This document shows, one piece after another, positions 17,811 through 28,628 of a stretch of DNA of 64,000 nucleotides. The notes below the pieces were generated by a model that did not search any database, was not told the origin of the DNA, and worked only from the letters and a program-made list of their open reading frames with translations. Source of the DNA: an uncultured Actinomycetota bacterium (lineage in GTDB: Bacteria; Actinomycetota; Actinomycetes; Propionibacteriales; Nocardioidaceae); NCBI GenBank assembly GCA_963742785.1, contig CAVUNI010000003.1, positions 436,692-500,691 on the forward strand, read 5' to 3'. The number at the start of each line of letters is the position of its first letter. Position 1 is the stretch's first letter. The translations under genes and the position numbers were made by a program.

Positions 17811-19607
17811 ATGCCGCTGCCGATCGAGGACTACGCCGCCATCGGCGACGGGCACACCGTCGCCCTGATCGGCATCGACGGTTCCGTCGACTGGCTCTGT
17901 CTCCCCCAGTTCGACTCGCCGGCGTGCTTCGCCGGGCTGCTCGGCACCGACGAGAACGGCCACTGGCTCCTGGGTCCATCGGGCAAGCACTCGGCCACGC
18001 GACGTTACGTCGGTGACACCGCCGTCCTCGAGACGACGTACCACACCGACGAGGGCGAGGTCCGGATCACCGATCTGATGCCGACCGGCGACAGACGTGC
18101 CGACGTCGTACGCCGTGTGGAGGGTGTGCGCGGCACGGTCTCGATCCGGCACAGCTGGGTGGTCCGCTTCGCCTATGGCCAGATCCGGCCGTGGGTCCAC
18201 CGCGAGCACGTCGAGGGCGAGCCGGCCATCGTCGCCACCGCCGGACCGGACAAGCTGATCCTCACGGGGCCGCGCCTGCCACCCGCGGTCGACGGGCACC
18301 ACGAGGAGACCTTCGACGTCTCGGCCGGCGACCGGCTGGACTTCACGCTCACGTGGGTCCCCTCCTACCGGAAGATCCCCGACGCGGTCGACATCGACGC
18401 GCAGCTCGCCTGGACGCTCGACGAGCAGCAGAAGTGGGCCGACGCATGCGAGTACCCCGGGCCCTGGCGCCGCCAGGTCGTCCGGAGCCTGGTCACCCTG
18501 CGCGGCCTGACCCACATCGACACGGGCGGCATCGTCGCTGCGCCGACCACATCGCTGCCGGAGGACTTCGGCGGCGAACGCAACTGGGACTACCGCTACT
18601 GCTGGCTGCGCGACGCGGCGCTGACCCTCGAGTCACTCCTGGCCGCCGGGCGCGCCGACGCCGCCCACCACTGGCGCGACTGGTTGTTGCGCGCCATCGC
18701 CGGCGACCCCGACGACATGCAGGTCATGTACACGGTCGAGGGCGGTCGCCATCTCCCCGAGCGCGAGCTCTCCCACCTGGCGGGGTACGCCGACTCCAGA
18801 CCGGTGCGCATCGGCAACGGCGCCGTCGACCAGCGCCAGACCGACGTCTTGGGCGAGGTGATGTGCGCGCTGTCCATGGCCCGCAACAACGGGGTTCCCG
18901 AGACCCGCGACAGCTGGAGCCTGCAGCGCACCCTGGTCAACGACCTCGCCGAGGACTGGCGCCGGCCCGACAACGGCCTCTGGGAGATCCGCGGGGAGCA
19001 GCGGCGCTTCACCCACAGCCAGGTGATGGTGTGGGCCGCGTTCGACCGCGCGATCGAGGGCGTCGAGGAGCACGGGCTCCACGGCCCGGTCGACGAGTGG
19101 CGTGCGGTTCGCGACCAGGTGCGCGAGGAGATCATGACGCACGGGTACGACGCCGAGCGCAACACCTTCACCCAGCACTACGACACCCGCGAGGTCGACG
19201 CGTCCCTCCTCGTGCTGCCGCTGGTCCGCTTCATCGACGGCGACGACCCGAAGATGGTGGGCACCATCAAGGCGGTCGAGGAGGACCTGATGCGCGGTGG
19301 GCTGCTGATGCGCTACCGCACGGCGTCCGGCATCGACGGTCTCGAGGGCGGCGAGCACCCGTTCCTGGCCTGCTCGTTCTGGCTCGTCTCGGCGTACGCC
19401 CTGTCCGGGCGCGCCGACGAGGCGGCCCGGCTGATGGACCGTCTCGTGGGGTTGGCCAACGACGTCGGGCTGCTCAGCGAGGAGTACGACGTGGCCGGCG
19501 AACGCATGGTCGGCAACTTCCCGCAGGCCTTCTCCCACCTCGCTCTGGTCGGCGCGGCGATGAACATCGAGCGCGCCAAGGAGCTGCGTTCCGACAGTGT
19601 CAAGTGA
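17811..19607 (+). CDS. Glycoside hydrolase family 15 (trehalase/glucoamylase-like)
   Basis: IEDYAAIGD, AAPTTSLPE..GGERNWDYRYCWLRDA, GLWEIRG, LLSEEYD, GNFPQAFSH. Confidence 0.92.
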   Translation: MPLPIEDYAAIGDGHTVALIGIDGSVDWLCLPQFDSPACFAGLLGTDENGHWLLGPSGKHSATRRYVGDTAVLETTYHTDEGEVRITDLMPTGDRRADVVRRVEGVRGTVSIRHSWVVRFAYGQIRPWVHREHVEGEPAIVATAGPDKLILTGPRLPPAVDGHHEETFDVSAGDRLDFTLTWVPSYRKIPDAVDIDAQLAWTLDEQQKWADACEYPGPWRRQVVRSLVTLRGLTHIDTGGIVAAPTTSLPEDFGGERNWDYRYCWLRDAALTLESLLAAGRADAAHHWRDWLLRAIAGDPDDMQVMYTVEGGRHLPERELSHLAGYADSRPVRIGNGAVDQRQTDVLGEVMCALSMARNNGVPETRDSWSLQRTLVNDLAEDWRRPDNGLWEIRGEQRRFTHSQVMVWAAFDRAIEGVEEHGLHGPVDEWRAVRDQVREEIMTHGYDAERNTFTQHYDTREVDASLLVLPLVRFIDGDDPKMVGTIKAVEEDLMRGGLLMRYRTASGIDGLEGGEHPFLACSFWLVSAYALSGRADEAARLMDRLVGLANDVGLLSEEYDVAGERMVGNFPQAFSHLALVGAAMNIERAKELRSDSVK

Positions 19608-19741
19608 GGCGCGACCGGACTAGTCCGCGATGTATGACTTAACGGTCAAATGTCCCTTTCTGGCCAGACTCGTTACATGCTTGGGTGACCGACCGGAGAC
19701 GGTCAGGGGAAGTGCATGAAACACACGGGGGATAAACAAAG

Positions 19742-20533
19742 ATGCGACACCGCGGCCAAGGCACGCCAGCGAACAAGTCAGTCCTGAAGAACGTGACGGG
19801 CACACTCGCCCGATTCAGCGATCTTCTCTCCGAGGATGAGTCTGCGACCGGCAAGCACAAGCAGCCCACCGGCCAGCCCGTCATCCCGGTGCAGAAGGTG
19901 CCGACCCACGACACCGTCGAGGGCCCGGACACCGCGGTGGAGCCCGAGGTGGAGGCCGAGGTCGAGGCCGAGGCCGAGGCTGGCGAGCTCCAGGTAGCCA
20001 CTGAGTCAGCCGAGTCAGCCGAGATGGCCTCGCAGGTCAGTGCCATCTGGCCCACGTCGTCGACGATCCCCGCCCACGCGCACTGGAAGGCCGGTCACGG
20101 CGCCAGGACAATCGCCGCCGCCATGCTCCTTCTTGCCGTCGCCGGCACTTCCGCCCTCGGCCTGCGCTACGCCCAGACCCGCAGCGCGGACGAGTTCCTC
20201 TCCGTGGTCGTCGGCGTTGCTGTCGTCGTCGGACTCTGGGCACTGCTGATCGCGAGCACCCCGCAGGTGGTCAGCCTGCGTGGCTCGATCCTGACCGTAC
20301 GCAACAGTCTCGGCAGCGAGCGCTTCGACCTGGCCGACGGCCTGCAGCCCGTCGACGTGGTCGGCGAGCCCCGCAGCTCAGGCTGGGCGGTGCTCCTCCA
20401 CCGTTCCAACAACACTTCGGTCGTCCTGCGCCGCCGCGATGTCGACGCCGCCACCCTGGACCCGATCGTCCGCCACTACCGGGCCCTCGCCGAGCAGCGG
20501 TACACCGACCGTCAGGTGCGCTTCACCCGCTGA
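19742..20533 (+). CDS. Hypothetical membrane protein (acidic disordered N-terminus, two TM helices, small C-terminal domain)
   Basis: 263-aa ORF with high GC3, EAEVEAEAEA tract and two hydrophobic helices. Confidence 0.6.
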   Translation: MRHRGQGTPANKSVLKNVTGTLARFSDLLSEDESATGKHKQPTGQPVIPVQKVPTHDTVEGPDTAVEPEVEAEVEAEAEAGELQVATESAESAEMASQVSAIWPTSSTIPAHAHWKAGHGARTIAAAMLLLAVAGTSALGLRYAQTRSADEFLSVVVGVAVVVGLWALLIASTPQVVSLRGSILTVRNSLGSERFDLADGLQPVDVVGEPRSSGWAVLLHRSNNTSVVLRRRDVDAATLDPIVRHYRALAEQRYTDRQVRFTR

Positions 20534-21472
20534 CGAGAGGTTCCGCCCGTCGATCCGGACCGGGCGGGCTTCTTCGGCGCGTACCGCCACGACCCCGGCC
20601 AGGATGAAGAGGCCGCCGACCAGTTGGACCGCCCGGGGCAGCTCCCCCAGCAGCAACCAGGCGAGCAGCACGGTGAACAGGACCTCCGAGAGGCCCACGA
20701 ACGAGGCCAGCTTGGCGCCGAGGATGCGCGCGGCAAAGATGCCCGCGACATACGGCGTCGCCGCCGCGACCACGCCCAGCTCGAGCACCGCTGCCCACCA
20801 CGGCAGGGCGACGCCGGCGAGCTCCACCGGAGCAGCGTGGAACTCCATGGGCAGCGCGCCGAGGAGCCCGAGGACAGCGAAGCCGACCGCCCCGACGACC
20901 AGGCCGCTCCCGGCCAGCGCCAGGGGTGGGAGTGCCGTCTCGTGGGACCTGCCCGACATCAGGAAGAAGGACGCCAGACCGACCGCCGCGAGCAGCCCCC
21001 AGGCGACCCCGATGCCATCGATCCGCACGCCGCCGAGCACGTCGAGGACCAGTGCCAGCCCGACCACGGCCAGCACGATCCCGAGCACGGTCGGCGGCCG
21101 CGGGAGCCGGCGCGCGAGCAGGCACTGCCAGGCCACCACCAGGACCAGGCCGAGGTACTCCAGCATCAGCGCCACGCCGACCGAGAGGTGCTCGATGGCG
21201 AAGAAGAACGCCACCTGGGGCAGCGCGACCGCGCACAGGCCGTAGGCCAGCACCGTGCGCCACTCCCGGCGAAGCAGGTGCCACCGACCGTCGAGGGCAC
21301 GTACGGTCGGCACCAGGAGCAGCAGCGCCGCCCCGGCGATCCGCAGGAAGACCACCGAGCCGGGGGTCCAGCCCGTATCGAGCAGCGCCTTGGCGAACGG
21401 GCCGGAGGTGGCGAAGGTGATCGCGGCGAGCAGCGCTAGCAGGAGTCCGGCACTGGTGGACCTCGTGGACAT
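20378..21472 (-). CDS. EamA/RhaT (DMT) family transporter
   Basis: About 10 TMs, FATSGPFAK, AIEHLSVGVALMLEYL, FVGLSEVLF; 3' end overlaps the convergent gene by 156 bp. Confidence 0.88.
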   Translation of the reverse strand: MSTRSTSAGLLLALLAAITFATSGPFAKALLDTGWTPGSVVFLRIAGAALLLLVPTVRALDGRWHLLRREWRTVLAYGLCAVALPQVAFFFAIEHLSVGVALMLEYLGLVLVVAWQCLLARRLPRPPTVLGIVLAVVGLALVLDVLGGVRIDGIGVAWGLLAAVGLASFFLMSGRSHETALPPLALAGSGLVVGAVGFAVLGLLGALPMEFHAAPVELAGVALPWWAAVLELGVVAAATPYVAGIFAARILGAKLASFVGLSEVLFTVLLAWLLLGELPRAVQLVGGLFILAGVVAVRAEEARPVRIDGRNLSSAGEAHLTVGVPLLGEGPVVADDRVQGGGVDIAAAQDDRSVVGTVEEHRPA

Positions 21473-21544
21473 CCTTCACCGCCTGTCAGGAGCAAAAGTT
21501 AAGTACACTGGTTACTCTAGAAGGATGAGACGTCAGGAGTCAAT

Positions 21545-22093
21545 GTGACTTTTGCCCATGACACCGAGATTGCCCTGGGAGCCGCGGCGGCACTGGTCAA
21601 CACCGACCCCGGGGAGGGTTCGGGCGAGGACACCCTGCGCACCCGAGACGAGCTGGTCGCGTTCCTCGACGAGCTCGGCTGGTCCGGCAGCCGTGCCGGT
21701 GACGACGCCGAGCTGGACGCCGTACGTTCGCTGCGGCCGCGCCTGCGGACGATGTGGCGCCTCGATCGCGACGACCTCGTGGCTGCGGTGAACCAGGTGC
21801 TGGCCGACTCCGAGGCTCTCCCCCAGCTCGTCGACCACGACGGCCTCGGCTGGCACATCCACGCCGTTCCGCAGGAAGCGCCCCTCGCCACCCGGATGCT
21901 GGTCGAGGCGGCGATGGCGTTCACCGACGTCATCCGCAGTCGTGAACTCGACCGGCTCAAGAACTGCGCCGCCGACGACTGCGACAGCATTGTGTTCGAC
22001 CTGTCCCGCAACCGCTCCAAGCGGTTCTGCGAGGGCGGCTGCGGCAACCGCGAGAACGTGCGCGCCTACCGGGACCGACAGCGCGCGGACTGA
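21545..22093 (+). CDS. ABATE / CGNR zinc-finger domain protein, divergent from the EamA gene
   Basis: ALVNT N-terminus, CAADDC..FDLSRNRSKRFC..GCGNRENVRAYR. Confidence 0.88.
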   Translation: MTFAHDTEIALGAAAALVNTDPGEGSGEDTLRTRDELVAFLDELGWSGSRAGDDAELDAVRSLRPRLRTMWRLDRDDLVAAVNQVLADSEALPQLVDHDGLGWHIHAVPQEAPLATRMLVEAAMAFTDVIRSRELDRLKNCAADDCDSIVFDLSRNRSKRFCEGGCGNRENVRAYRDRQRAD

Positions 22094-22100
22094 AGAGCGG

Positions 22101-22772
22101 TCAGCGCTGGGCGATCGCGGGCTGCCCGCGCCGGTGACGTACGACGTCCCGGGCGAACTCCACGCCCGAGGTGGCGGTCAGCACCACCGCGATGGCCATC
22201 GCGACCGCCGAGAGCCACCAGATGATGTCACCGGGCACCTCGAGGGCCCCGGTGAGCAGCCCGAACGGGGCCACGAAGCCGCCCAGGGCGACGGCCTGCA
22301 TCACGGTCTTGATCTTGCCGCTCTGCTTGGCCGGCATCACGACGTCCTTGGCGATCGAGAGGCGGGCGAACGTGACTGCCCACTCGCGGAGCAGGACGAC
22401 CACCGTGATGGTCCACCACAGCCAGGCCGGCAGGAAAGAGGTGGAGCCCCACGTCGAGCCGGCGATGATCGCCAGGCCGATGAAGGCCATCCCCGTCATG
22501 GCCTTGTCGGCGATCGGGTCGGCGATCTTGCCGAAGTTGGTGACCAGGTTGTGCTTGCGGGCGATGTCCCCGTCGATCTTGTCGGTGACCATCGCGATGC
22601 AGAACAGCGCCCAGGCGACCCAGCGCCAGGTCTGGTCGGTGCCTCCGTCGTGCAACAGGGCCCAACCGAAGAACGGGACCATCACGATCCGCAGGGCGGT
22701 CAGCGCGTTGGGGACGTTCCAGTTGTTGACCTGCTTCTGCGCTGGTTCAGGAGCTCGCTGTGGCTGGCTCAT
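22101..22772 (-). CDS. pgsA: CDP-diacylglycerol--glycerol-3-phosphate 3-phosphatidyltransferase
   Basis: [44 protein letters not shown]. Confidence 0.92.
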   Translation of the reverse strand: MSQPQRAPEPAQKQVNNWNVPNALTALRIVMVPFFGWALLHDGGTDQTWRWVAWALFCIAMVTDKIDGDIARKHNLVTNFGKIADPIADKAMTGMAFIGLAIIAGSTWGSTSFLPAWLWWTITVVVLLREWAVTFARLSIAKDVVMPAKQSGKIKTVMQAVALGGFVAPFGLLTGALEVPGDIIWWLSAVAMAIAVVLTATSGVEFARDVVRHRRGQPAIAQR

Positions 22773-24246
22773 CGACCCTCCTCCGCAGTGTGCTCTCCCG
22801 GACGTCCCGAGCAACGAGGTCGACACCCTGCGAGCCGACCACCACCGCCTGAATCATGTCACCGACAGCCACACGGTCGGCCACGCCCTCCAGCATCGTC
22901 GAACCGTCGACCTCCGGGCCCTGATGGGCGGCGCGGCCCTCGACGACGAGGTCGCCGCCGAACCTCTCGACCGACTCCACGAGCACGTCGACCCGCTCCC
23001 CGAGTCGCTCCTCGGCCCGCTGCGCGGTGAGCTCCTCCGCGAGCGCGGTCACGTGTGCGACCCGCTCTACGATCTCGTCCTCGTCGAGCTTGCCCTCGAA
23101 GGCCTCCGCCTCGGTGCCGTCCTCGTCGGAGTAGCCGAAGATCCCGATCGCGTCGAGGCGTGCCTCGCTGAGGAAGCCGCACAGGACCTCGAGGTCGTGC
23201 TCGGTCTCGCCGGGGAAGCCGACGATGAAGTTCGAGCGGACGCCGGCCTCGGGAGCCTGTGCCCTCGCCTGGCCGAGCAACCCGAGAAACGCTTCGCTGT
23301 CGCCGAACCGGCGCATCCGACGCAGGACGGGATTCGAGGCGTGCTGGAAGGAGAGGTCGAAGTACGCCGCCACGCCCGGCGTCGATGCGATCGCACTGAG
23401 CAGTCCAGGCCTCGTCTCCGCTGGCTGCAGGTAGGAGACCCTGACACGCTCGACGCCCTCCACAGCGGCCAGCTCGGGCAACAGCGTCTCCAGCAGGCGG
23501 AGGTCGCCGAGGTCCTTGCCGTAGGACGTGGAGTTCTCCGAGACCAGGAACAGCTCGCGCGCGCCCTGGTCGGCCAGCCAGCGGGCCTCGGCGAGCACGT
23601 CTGAGGGGCGGCGCGAGACGAACGAGCCACGGAAGGACGGGATCGCGCAGAACGTGCACCGTCGGTCGCAGCCAGACGCCAGCTTCAGCGGGGCCATCGG
23701 TCCGTCGTCGAGGCGGCGGCGCTGCGTCGTTTCCGGGTCGTGGCCGGGCTGGTAGGCATCCGCGGCGCCCCGGTCGGCAGGCGAGATGGGGAGCAGCCTG
23801 CGCCGGTCCTGTGGCGTGTGCGGGTGCTGGGTCTCGCCGGCCAGGATCGAGCGCAGCTTGCCGGCGATGTCGGGGTAGTCGTCGAAGCCCAGGATCGCGT
23901 CGGCCTCCGGGAGCGAGGTGGCCAGCTCTGCGCCGTAACGCTCAGCCAGGCAGCCCACTGCCACCACGGCCTGCGTCTGTCCGGACTCCTTGAGGTCCGC
24001 AGCGGCCAAGAGGGTGTCCACGGAGTCCTTCTTGGCCGCCTCGACGAAGCCGCAGGTGTTCACCACGACCGTCTCGGCGGCTGCGGGATCCTCCACCAGG
24101 CTGAACCCGCCCGCCTCGAGCCGCCCGGCGAGCTCTTCGGAGTCCACCTCGTTGCGGGCGCAGCCCAGCGTCACCATGGCGACGGTGGTCAACGGGGAGT
24201 CGGGGCGGTCCGAGGCGGCCTCGAGGGATGAGTTGTGAGTAGTCAT
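22747..24246 (-). CDS. rimO: Ribosomal protein S12 methylthiotransferase
   Basis: [18 protein letters not shown], radical-SAM [15 protein letters not shown]; sits in the ftsK-rodZ-rimO-pgsA context. Confidence 0.93.
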   Translation of the reverse strand: MTTHNSSLEAASDRPDSPLTTVAMVTLGCARNEVDSEELAGRLEAGGFSLVEDPAAAETVVVNTCGFVEAAKKDSVDTLLAAADLKESGQTQAVVAVGCLAERYGAELATSLPEADAILGFDDYPDIAGKLRSILAGETQHPHTPQDRRRLLPISPADRGAADAYQPGHDPETTQRRRLDDGPMAPLKLASGCDRRCTFCAIPSFRGSFVSRRPSDVLAEARWLADQGARELFLVSENSTSYGKDLGDLRLLETLLPELAAVEGVERVRVSYLQPAETRPGLLSAIASTPGVAAYFDLSFQHASNPVLRRMRRFGDSEAFLGLLGQARAQAPEAGVRSNFIVGFPGETEHDLEVLCGFLSEARLDAIGIFGYSDEDGTEAEAFEGKLDEDEIVERVAHVTALAEELTAQRAEERLGERVDVLVESVERFGGDLVVEGRAAHQGPEVDGSTMLEGVADRVAVGDMIQAVVVGSQGVDLVARDVRESTLRRRVDEPATASS

Positions 24247-24288
24247 GAGCCTTGTCGAGTATGCCGGAAGGCTCCCCGGAGCGACGAA

Positions 24289-25968
24289 TCAGCCGAATTG
24301 CTTGCTGGCTGCTGCGGAGGAGTCACCGACCGCACCCTTGGCCTTGCCGAGGAAGCTCACCTTCACCGCGGCGCCGTTGCTGGAGGTCACGTCGAAGGGC
24401 GCCAGCCCGATCACCTGCTGGTGCTGGCCCGCCGCGAGCTTGCCGGCCCAGAGGATCCGCCCGTCCCGGTCACGTACGACGACCTGGGGGCTGGCCCCCA
24501 CCGCGTTCACCTCGAGCGGGGCCAGGGTCACCTTCGGGCTGTCGTCCTCGCCGCCACTCGCAAGACCAGCCGAGTCGACCACGCCCGGAGCCGGGCTGAC
24601 CAGCTCCTGCGGGGTGTCGTTGAAGACCCGGGCACCGCCCCACACCGTCGCCAGGGCGAGCACGCAGGCAGCGAGCAGGCTCCATCGCGGACCGGTGCGG
24701 ATGGCCCGCACCCCGCCCCCGATGCCGGTGGCCAGCTCGGCCTCGAACACCTGGCGGGCCTCGATCTCGGCGGTCGCGTACTTGTCGTCGTACAGGTCGA
24801 GAAGCTGTTGGGCGTCGAGACCGAAGATCCGCGCCAGGGTGCGCAGGTGCCCCCGGGCGTAGAAGTCACCACCGCAGGCCTCGAAGTCGTCGACCTCGAT
24901 GCACTCCAGCACGTGCGGACGGATCCGGGTGCGCTCGCTGAGCGTGTCGATGGTCAGCCGTGCGCGGTGACGAGCGGCGGCGATGAGCGGCCCGATCACG
25001 GCGTTCTCCGCCGCGCGGGGCTCGATGGGCTCGAGGTCGCCGACCTGGGCGACCACCACGGGGCCGTCACCGTTGCGCTGTGCCGGTATCGGCGGCGGCA
25101 TCGGCAGCCTCCGGACCGAGTCCCTGATCAGCTCGGTGCGCGCGGCCGGTCGTGCCTCCCGGACCGGTTCGACGGGGTCGAAATCGGGCTCGACCACGAC
25201 CTCGGGCTGCGGCTCCTCCTTGGTGGCGTCGTCCGGCTCCGGGGCAGCGTCATCGACGACTGATATCTGCGCGGGGATCTCGCCGAAGTCCTGCGTGACG
25301 CCCACTTCGACGTCTTCCGGGTGTTCTGCTGCGCTCTCTTCTGCGGTCTCTCCTGCGCTGTCTTCCGGGATGTCTTCTGGGGACGCGACCTTGAGCCCCG
25401 CCCGCTCCTTGCGGCTCAACCGGGGCTCCTTCTCCGGCCGCTCCGGTTCCAGCCGGCTCAGCACCAGCACCGGCACCCGACCACTGGCCAGGGCGTCGAG
25501 GTCGGCGACCAGCTCTCCCGTGAGGCCTTCGAAGTCCAGACGTGTGGTGAGCGCGAGCGGGACCACGAGGTTTTCCGTCGTGAGTGCCGGAGTGGGCTCC
25601 TCGCCCTCGTCGGCCTCCTCGAGGGGACCCTCGACCGCGCGGGGGTGTACGACGATCTGGCCGTCGCGCAGCCATGATCGGGCAGACGTCACCTCGACGT
25701 TCTCGATGTCCTGCCAGCGCAGCCCGGTCCAGGTCACGCCGCGGCGTACGCGCACACCGTGCTCGTCAGCCACCATCAGCGGCGCACGGCTGTCGCGAAC
25801 CACCAGCAGCTGCACCACTCCGACTGCGGCGACGAGGGCACACCACGCCCAGTCGGCGATCGACCCGGTCTGCAGCGCGCGAGCGAACCAGAGCACGGTG
25901 ATGACCGCCGCCGCCAGCGCGACCAGGGCCGCCAGCTTCGAGTTGTGCCGAACGGTTACACCCATCAC
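24289..25968 (-). CDS. RodZ-like HTH membrane protein with N-terminal extension
   Basis: Internal HTH (LSERTRIRPHVLECIE...GDFYARGHLRTLA) followed by a TM and C-terminal domain; extra N-terminal 2-TM region and acidic linker. Confidence 0.75.
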   Translation of the reverse strand: MMGVTVRHNSKLAALVALAAAVITVLWFARALQTGSIADWAWCALVAAVGVVQLLVVRDSRAPLMVADEHGVRVRRGVTWTGLRWQDIENVEVTSARSWLRDGQIVVHPRAVEGPLEEADEGEEPTPALTTENLVVPLALTTRLDFEGLTGELVADLDALASGRVPVLVLSRLEPERPEKEPRLSRKERAGLKVASPEDIPEDSAGETAEESAAEHPEDVEVGVTQDFGEIPAQISVVDDAAPEPDDATKEEPQPEVVVEPDFDPVEPVREARPAARTELIRDSVRRLPMPPPIPAQRNGDGPVVVAQVGDLEPIEPRAAENAVIGPLIAAARHRARLTIDTLSERTRIRPHVLECIEVDDFEACGGDFYARGHLRTLARIFGLDAQQLLDLYDDKYATAEIEARQVFEAELATGIGGGVRAIRTGPRWSLLAACVLALATVWGGARVFNDTPQELVSPAPGVVDSAGLASGGEDDSPKVTLAPLEVNAVGASPQVVVRDRDGRILWAGKLAAGQHQQVIGLAPFDVTSSNGAAVKVSFLGKAKGAVGDSSAAASKQFG

Positions 25969-28556
25969 TGCTCTCCCTGGATGTTGGCGATCACGTCGTC
26001 GAGATCGTCGGGCTTGATCAGCACGTCACGGGCCTTGGAGCCTTCGCTCGGCCCGACCACCCCTCGGCTCTCGAGGATGTCCATCAACCGGCCCGCCTTG
26101 GCGAAGCCCACGCGCAGCTTGCGCTGCAGCATCGAGGTGGACCCGAACTGCGTGGAGACCACCAGCTCGATCGCCTGGACCACGAGCTCCATGTCGTTGC
26201 CGATGTCGTCGTCGAGCTCGCGCCTGGCCGCCGCGGGCGCCGTGACGTCCTCGCGGTAGTTCGGCGCGAGCTGGTCCTTGCACTGCTTGACCACCTGGGC
26301 GATCTCGGCCTCGGTGACCCACGACCCCTGGACGCGCACCGACTTCGAGGCACCCATCGGCAGGAACAACCCGTCTCCCTGGCCGACGAGCTTCTCCGCA
26401 CCCGGCTGGTCGAGGATCACCCGGCTGTCGGCGAGCGAGCTGGTGGCGAACGACAACCGGGACGGCACGTTGGCCTTGATCAGGCCGGTGACAACATCGA
26501 CCGAGGGCCGCTGCGTCGCCAGGATGAGGTGGATGCCGGCGGCCCGGGCGAGCTGGGTGATGCGGACGATGGCGTCCTCGACGTCCCGCGGCGCCACCAT
26601 CATCAGGTCGGCGAGCTCGTCGACGACCACGCACAGGTAGGGGTACGGCGCGAGCACGCGCTCGCTGCCGGCAGGGACCTGGAGCTTCCCGGTTCGGACG
26701 GCCTTGTTGAAGTCGTCGACGTGCCGGAAGCCGAAGTTGGCCAGGTCGTCGTAGCGCATGTCCATCTCGCGCACGACCCACTGCAGTGCCTCGGCGGCCT
26801 TCTTGGGGTTGGTGATGATCGGCGTGATCAGGTGCGGGATGCCCTCGTAGGCGTTCAGCTCCACCCGCTTGGGGTCGACCATGATCATCCGCACCTCGTC
26901 GGGCGTCGCCCGCATCAGCAGCGAGGTGATCATCGAGTTGATGAAGCTCGACTTTCCCGAACCGGTGGCGCCGGCCACCAGCAGGTGCGGCATCTTCGCC
27001 AGGTTGGCCACCACGAAGCCGCCCTCGACGTCCTTGCCGAGGCCCACGACCATCGGGTGGTGGTCGTTGCGGGCGTTGTTCGAGCGCAGCACGTCACCCA
27101 GCGACACGATCTCCTTGTCGACGTTGGGGATCTCGATGCCGACGGCGGACTTGCCCGGGATGGGGCTGAGGATGCGCACGTCGGCCGAGGCGACGGCGTA
27201 CGCGATGTTCTTCTGGATCCCGGTGATCTTCTCGACCTTGACGGCGGGGCCGAGCTCCACGATGTAGCGCGTCACCGTCGGGCCCCGGGTGTAGCCGGTC
27301 ACCTGGGCGTCGATGTCGAACTCCTCGAGCACCTGCGTGAGTCGCTCGACGACGTCGTCGGAGGCCTTGGAGCGCGCCTTGTGCACCGACCCGGGCTTGA
27401 GCACCTGGCTGTCGGGGAGCGAGTAGGCGATGTCGCCGGAGAGCGAGAGCTGCTCGACGCGGGCGGGCAGCGGCGTGTGAGGGGGCGGCTCGAGGCCGTC
27501 CTTGCCACCCTCCACCGGACCCGTGGCCTCGGTGTCGGGATCCGGTACGGCGCTCGCACCCACTCGCGACCGGGAGCGTCGTCGCATCTCACGGCCTTCC
27601 AACACCGGGCTGTCGTACGCCGGGTCGCCCATGTCCGGGTCGATCTCGTCGTCGGCCGCCCGACCACGGCGGCGCTTGACCGGCGTGGTGTCATCCGTCG
27701 GCGAGCCGTCCTCGGCCGGGACGTGCCGGCCCATGATCCGGTCGCCGAGCGCCCGCGCCCGGGACGGCACCTGGTAGACGGGCGTGGCCGTCACGACGAG
27801 TGCCCCGAAGAGCGCGAGCAGGAGCAGCAGCGGTACCACCACGTAGGGGGTCTGGAGCAGGTCCATCAGCAGCTTGGAGACCACGAAGCCGATCGCCCCA
27901 CCTGCCTGCTGCAGCGGGGCGGTGTCGCCCATCTTGGGTGTGGGCGAGCCGTTGGCGATGTGCACGATGCCGAGCACGCCGAAGAGCAGCGCGCCCCAAC
28001 CGATCACCTGCCGACCGGCAGGCCCGTTGTGCTCGGGGTCGCGGAGGTTGCGCCAGGCGACGAAGCACAGCAGCAGCGGCACGAACCACGCCAGCAGGCC
28101 GACAGAGCCGGCCACGACGGTCCGGATGAACTCCCCGATGGAGCCGGGAAGCTGCCACCAGACCGATGCGGCGACGACGAGGGCGAGACCCACGAGGAAC
28201 AGGCCGGCACCGTCACGACGATGCTCGGGGTCGAGGTCACGGGCGGTGTGGCCGATGCGGCGTACTCCCCCGCCGACGCTGTGCGCGACGCCGAGCCACG
28301 CCGTCGCGAAGACGCGAGCGAGCACCGTGAAGACGCGGGCGATCGGGCCCGACCCGTTGCGCACGGCCCGAGGAGCAGGTCGGCGCGCCTGGGCACGGCC
28401 ACGCTTGCGCGTGGAGCCGCCTGAGCGCGCGGCGGGCTTTCGCCCTGACGCTGCCTTTTTCTTGGTTCCCGACGACCGGGAGCGCGAAGCGGAGCCCCCC
28501 TTCGTGGAGGAGCCCTTGCTGCGCGTACCCGTCGGGGAAGACGTACGGGTCGCCAT
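25965..28556 (-). CDS. ftsK: DNA translocase FtsK
   Basis: N-terminal TMs, PHLLVAGATGSGKS, VVDELADLMM, LATQRPSVDV, gamma domain QRKLRVGFAKAGRLMD. Confidence 0.96.
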   Translation of the reverse strand: MATRTSSPTGTRSKGSSTKGGSASRSRSSGTKKKAASGRKPAARSGGSTRKRGRAQARRPAPRAVRNGSGPIARVFTVLARVFATAWLGVAHSVGGGVRRIGHTARDLDPEHRRDGAGLFLVGLALVVAASVWWQLPGSIGEFIRTVVAGSVGLLAWFVPLLLCFVAWRNLRDPEHNGPAGRQVIGWGALLFGVLGIVHIANGSPTPKMGDTAPLQQAGGAIGFVVSKLLMDLLQTPYVVVPLLLLLALFGALVVTATPVYQVPSRARALGDRIMGRHVPAEDGSPTDDTTPVKRRRGRAADDEIDPDMGDPAYDSPVLEGREMRRRSRSRVGASAVPDPDTEATGPVEGGKDGLEPPPHTPLPARVEQLSLSGDIAYSLPDSQVLKPGSVHKARSKASDDVVERLTQVLEEFDIDAQVTGYTRGPTVTRYIVELGPAVKVEKITGIQKNIAYAVASADVRILSPIPGKSAVGIEIPNVDKEIVSLGDVLRSNNARNDHHPMVVGLGKDVEGGFVVANLAKMPHLLVAGATGSGKSSFINSMITSLLMRATPDEVRMIMVDPKRVELNAYEGIPHLITPIITNPKKAAEALQWVVREMDMRYDDLANFGFRHVDDFNKAVRTGKLQVPAGSERVLAPYPYLCVVVDELADLMMVAPRDVEDAIVRITQLARAAGIHLILATQRPSVDVVTGLIKANVPSRLSFATSSLADSRVILDQPGAEKLVGQGDGLFLPMGASKSVRVQGSWVTEAEIAQVVKQCKDQLAPNYREDVTAPAAARRELDDDIGNDMELVVQAIELVVSTQFGSTSMLQRKLRVGFAKAGRLMDILESRGVVGPSEGSKARDVLIKPDDLDDVIANIQGEQ

Positions 28557-28628
28557 GCTGGCGAATCTACCCCGAAAACCACATCTGTCCCTCGCGTCAC
28601 ACGCCGCACGGGAGTCGTGTCGTGAGGG

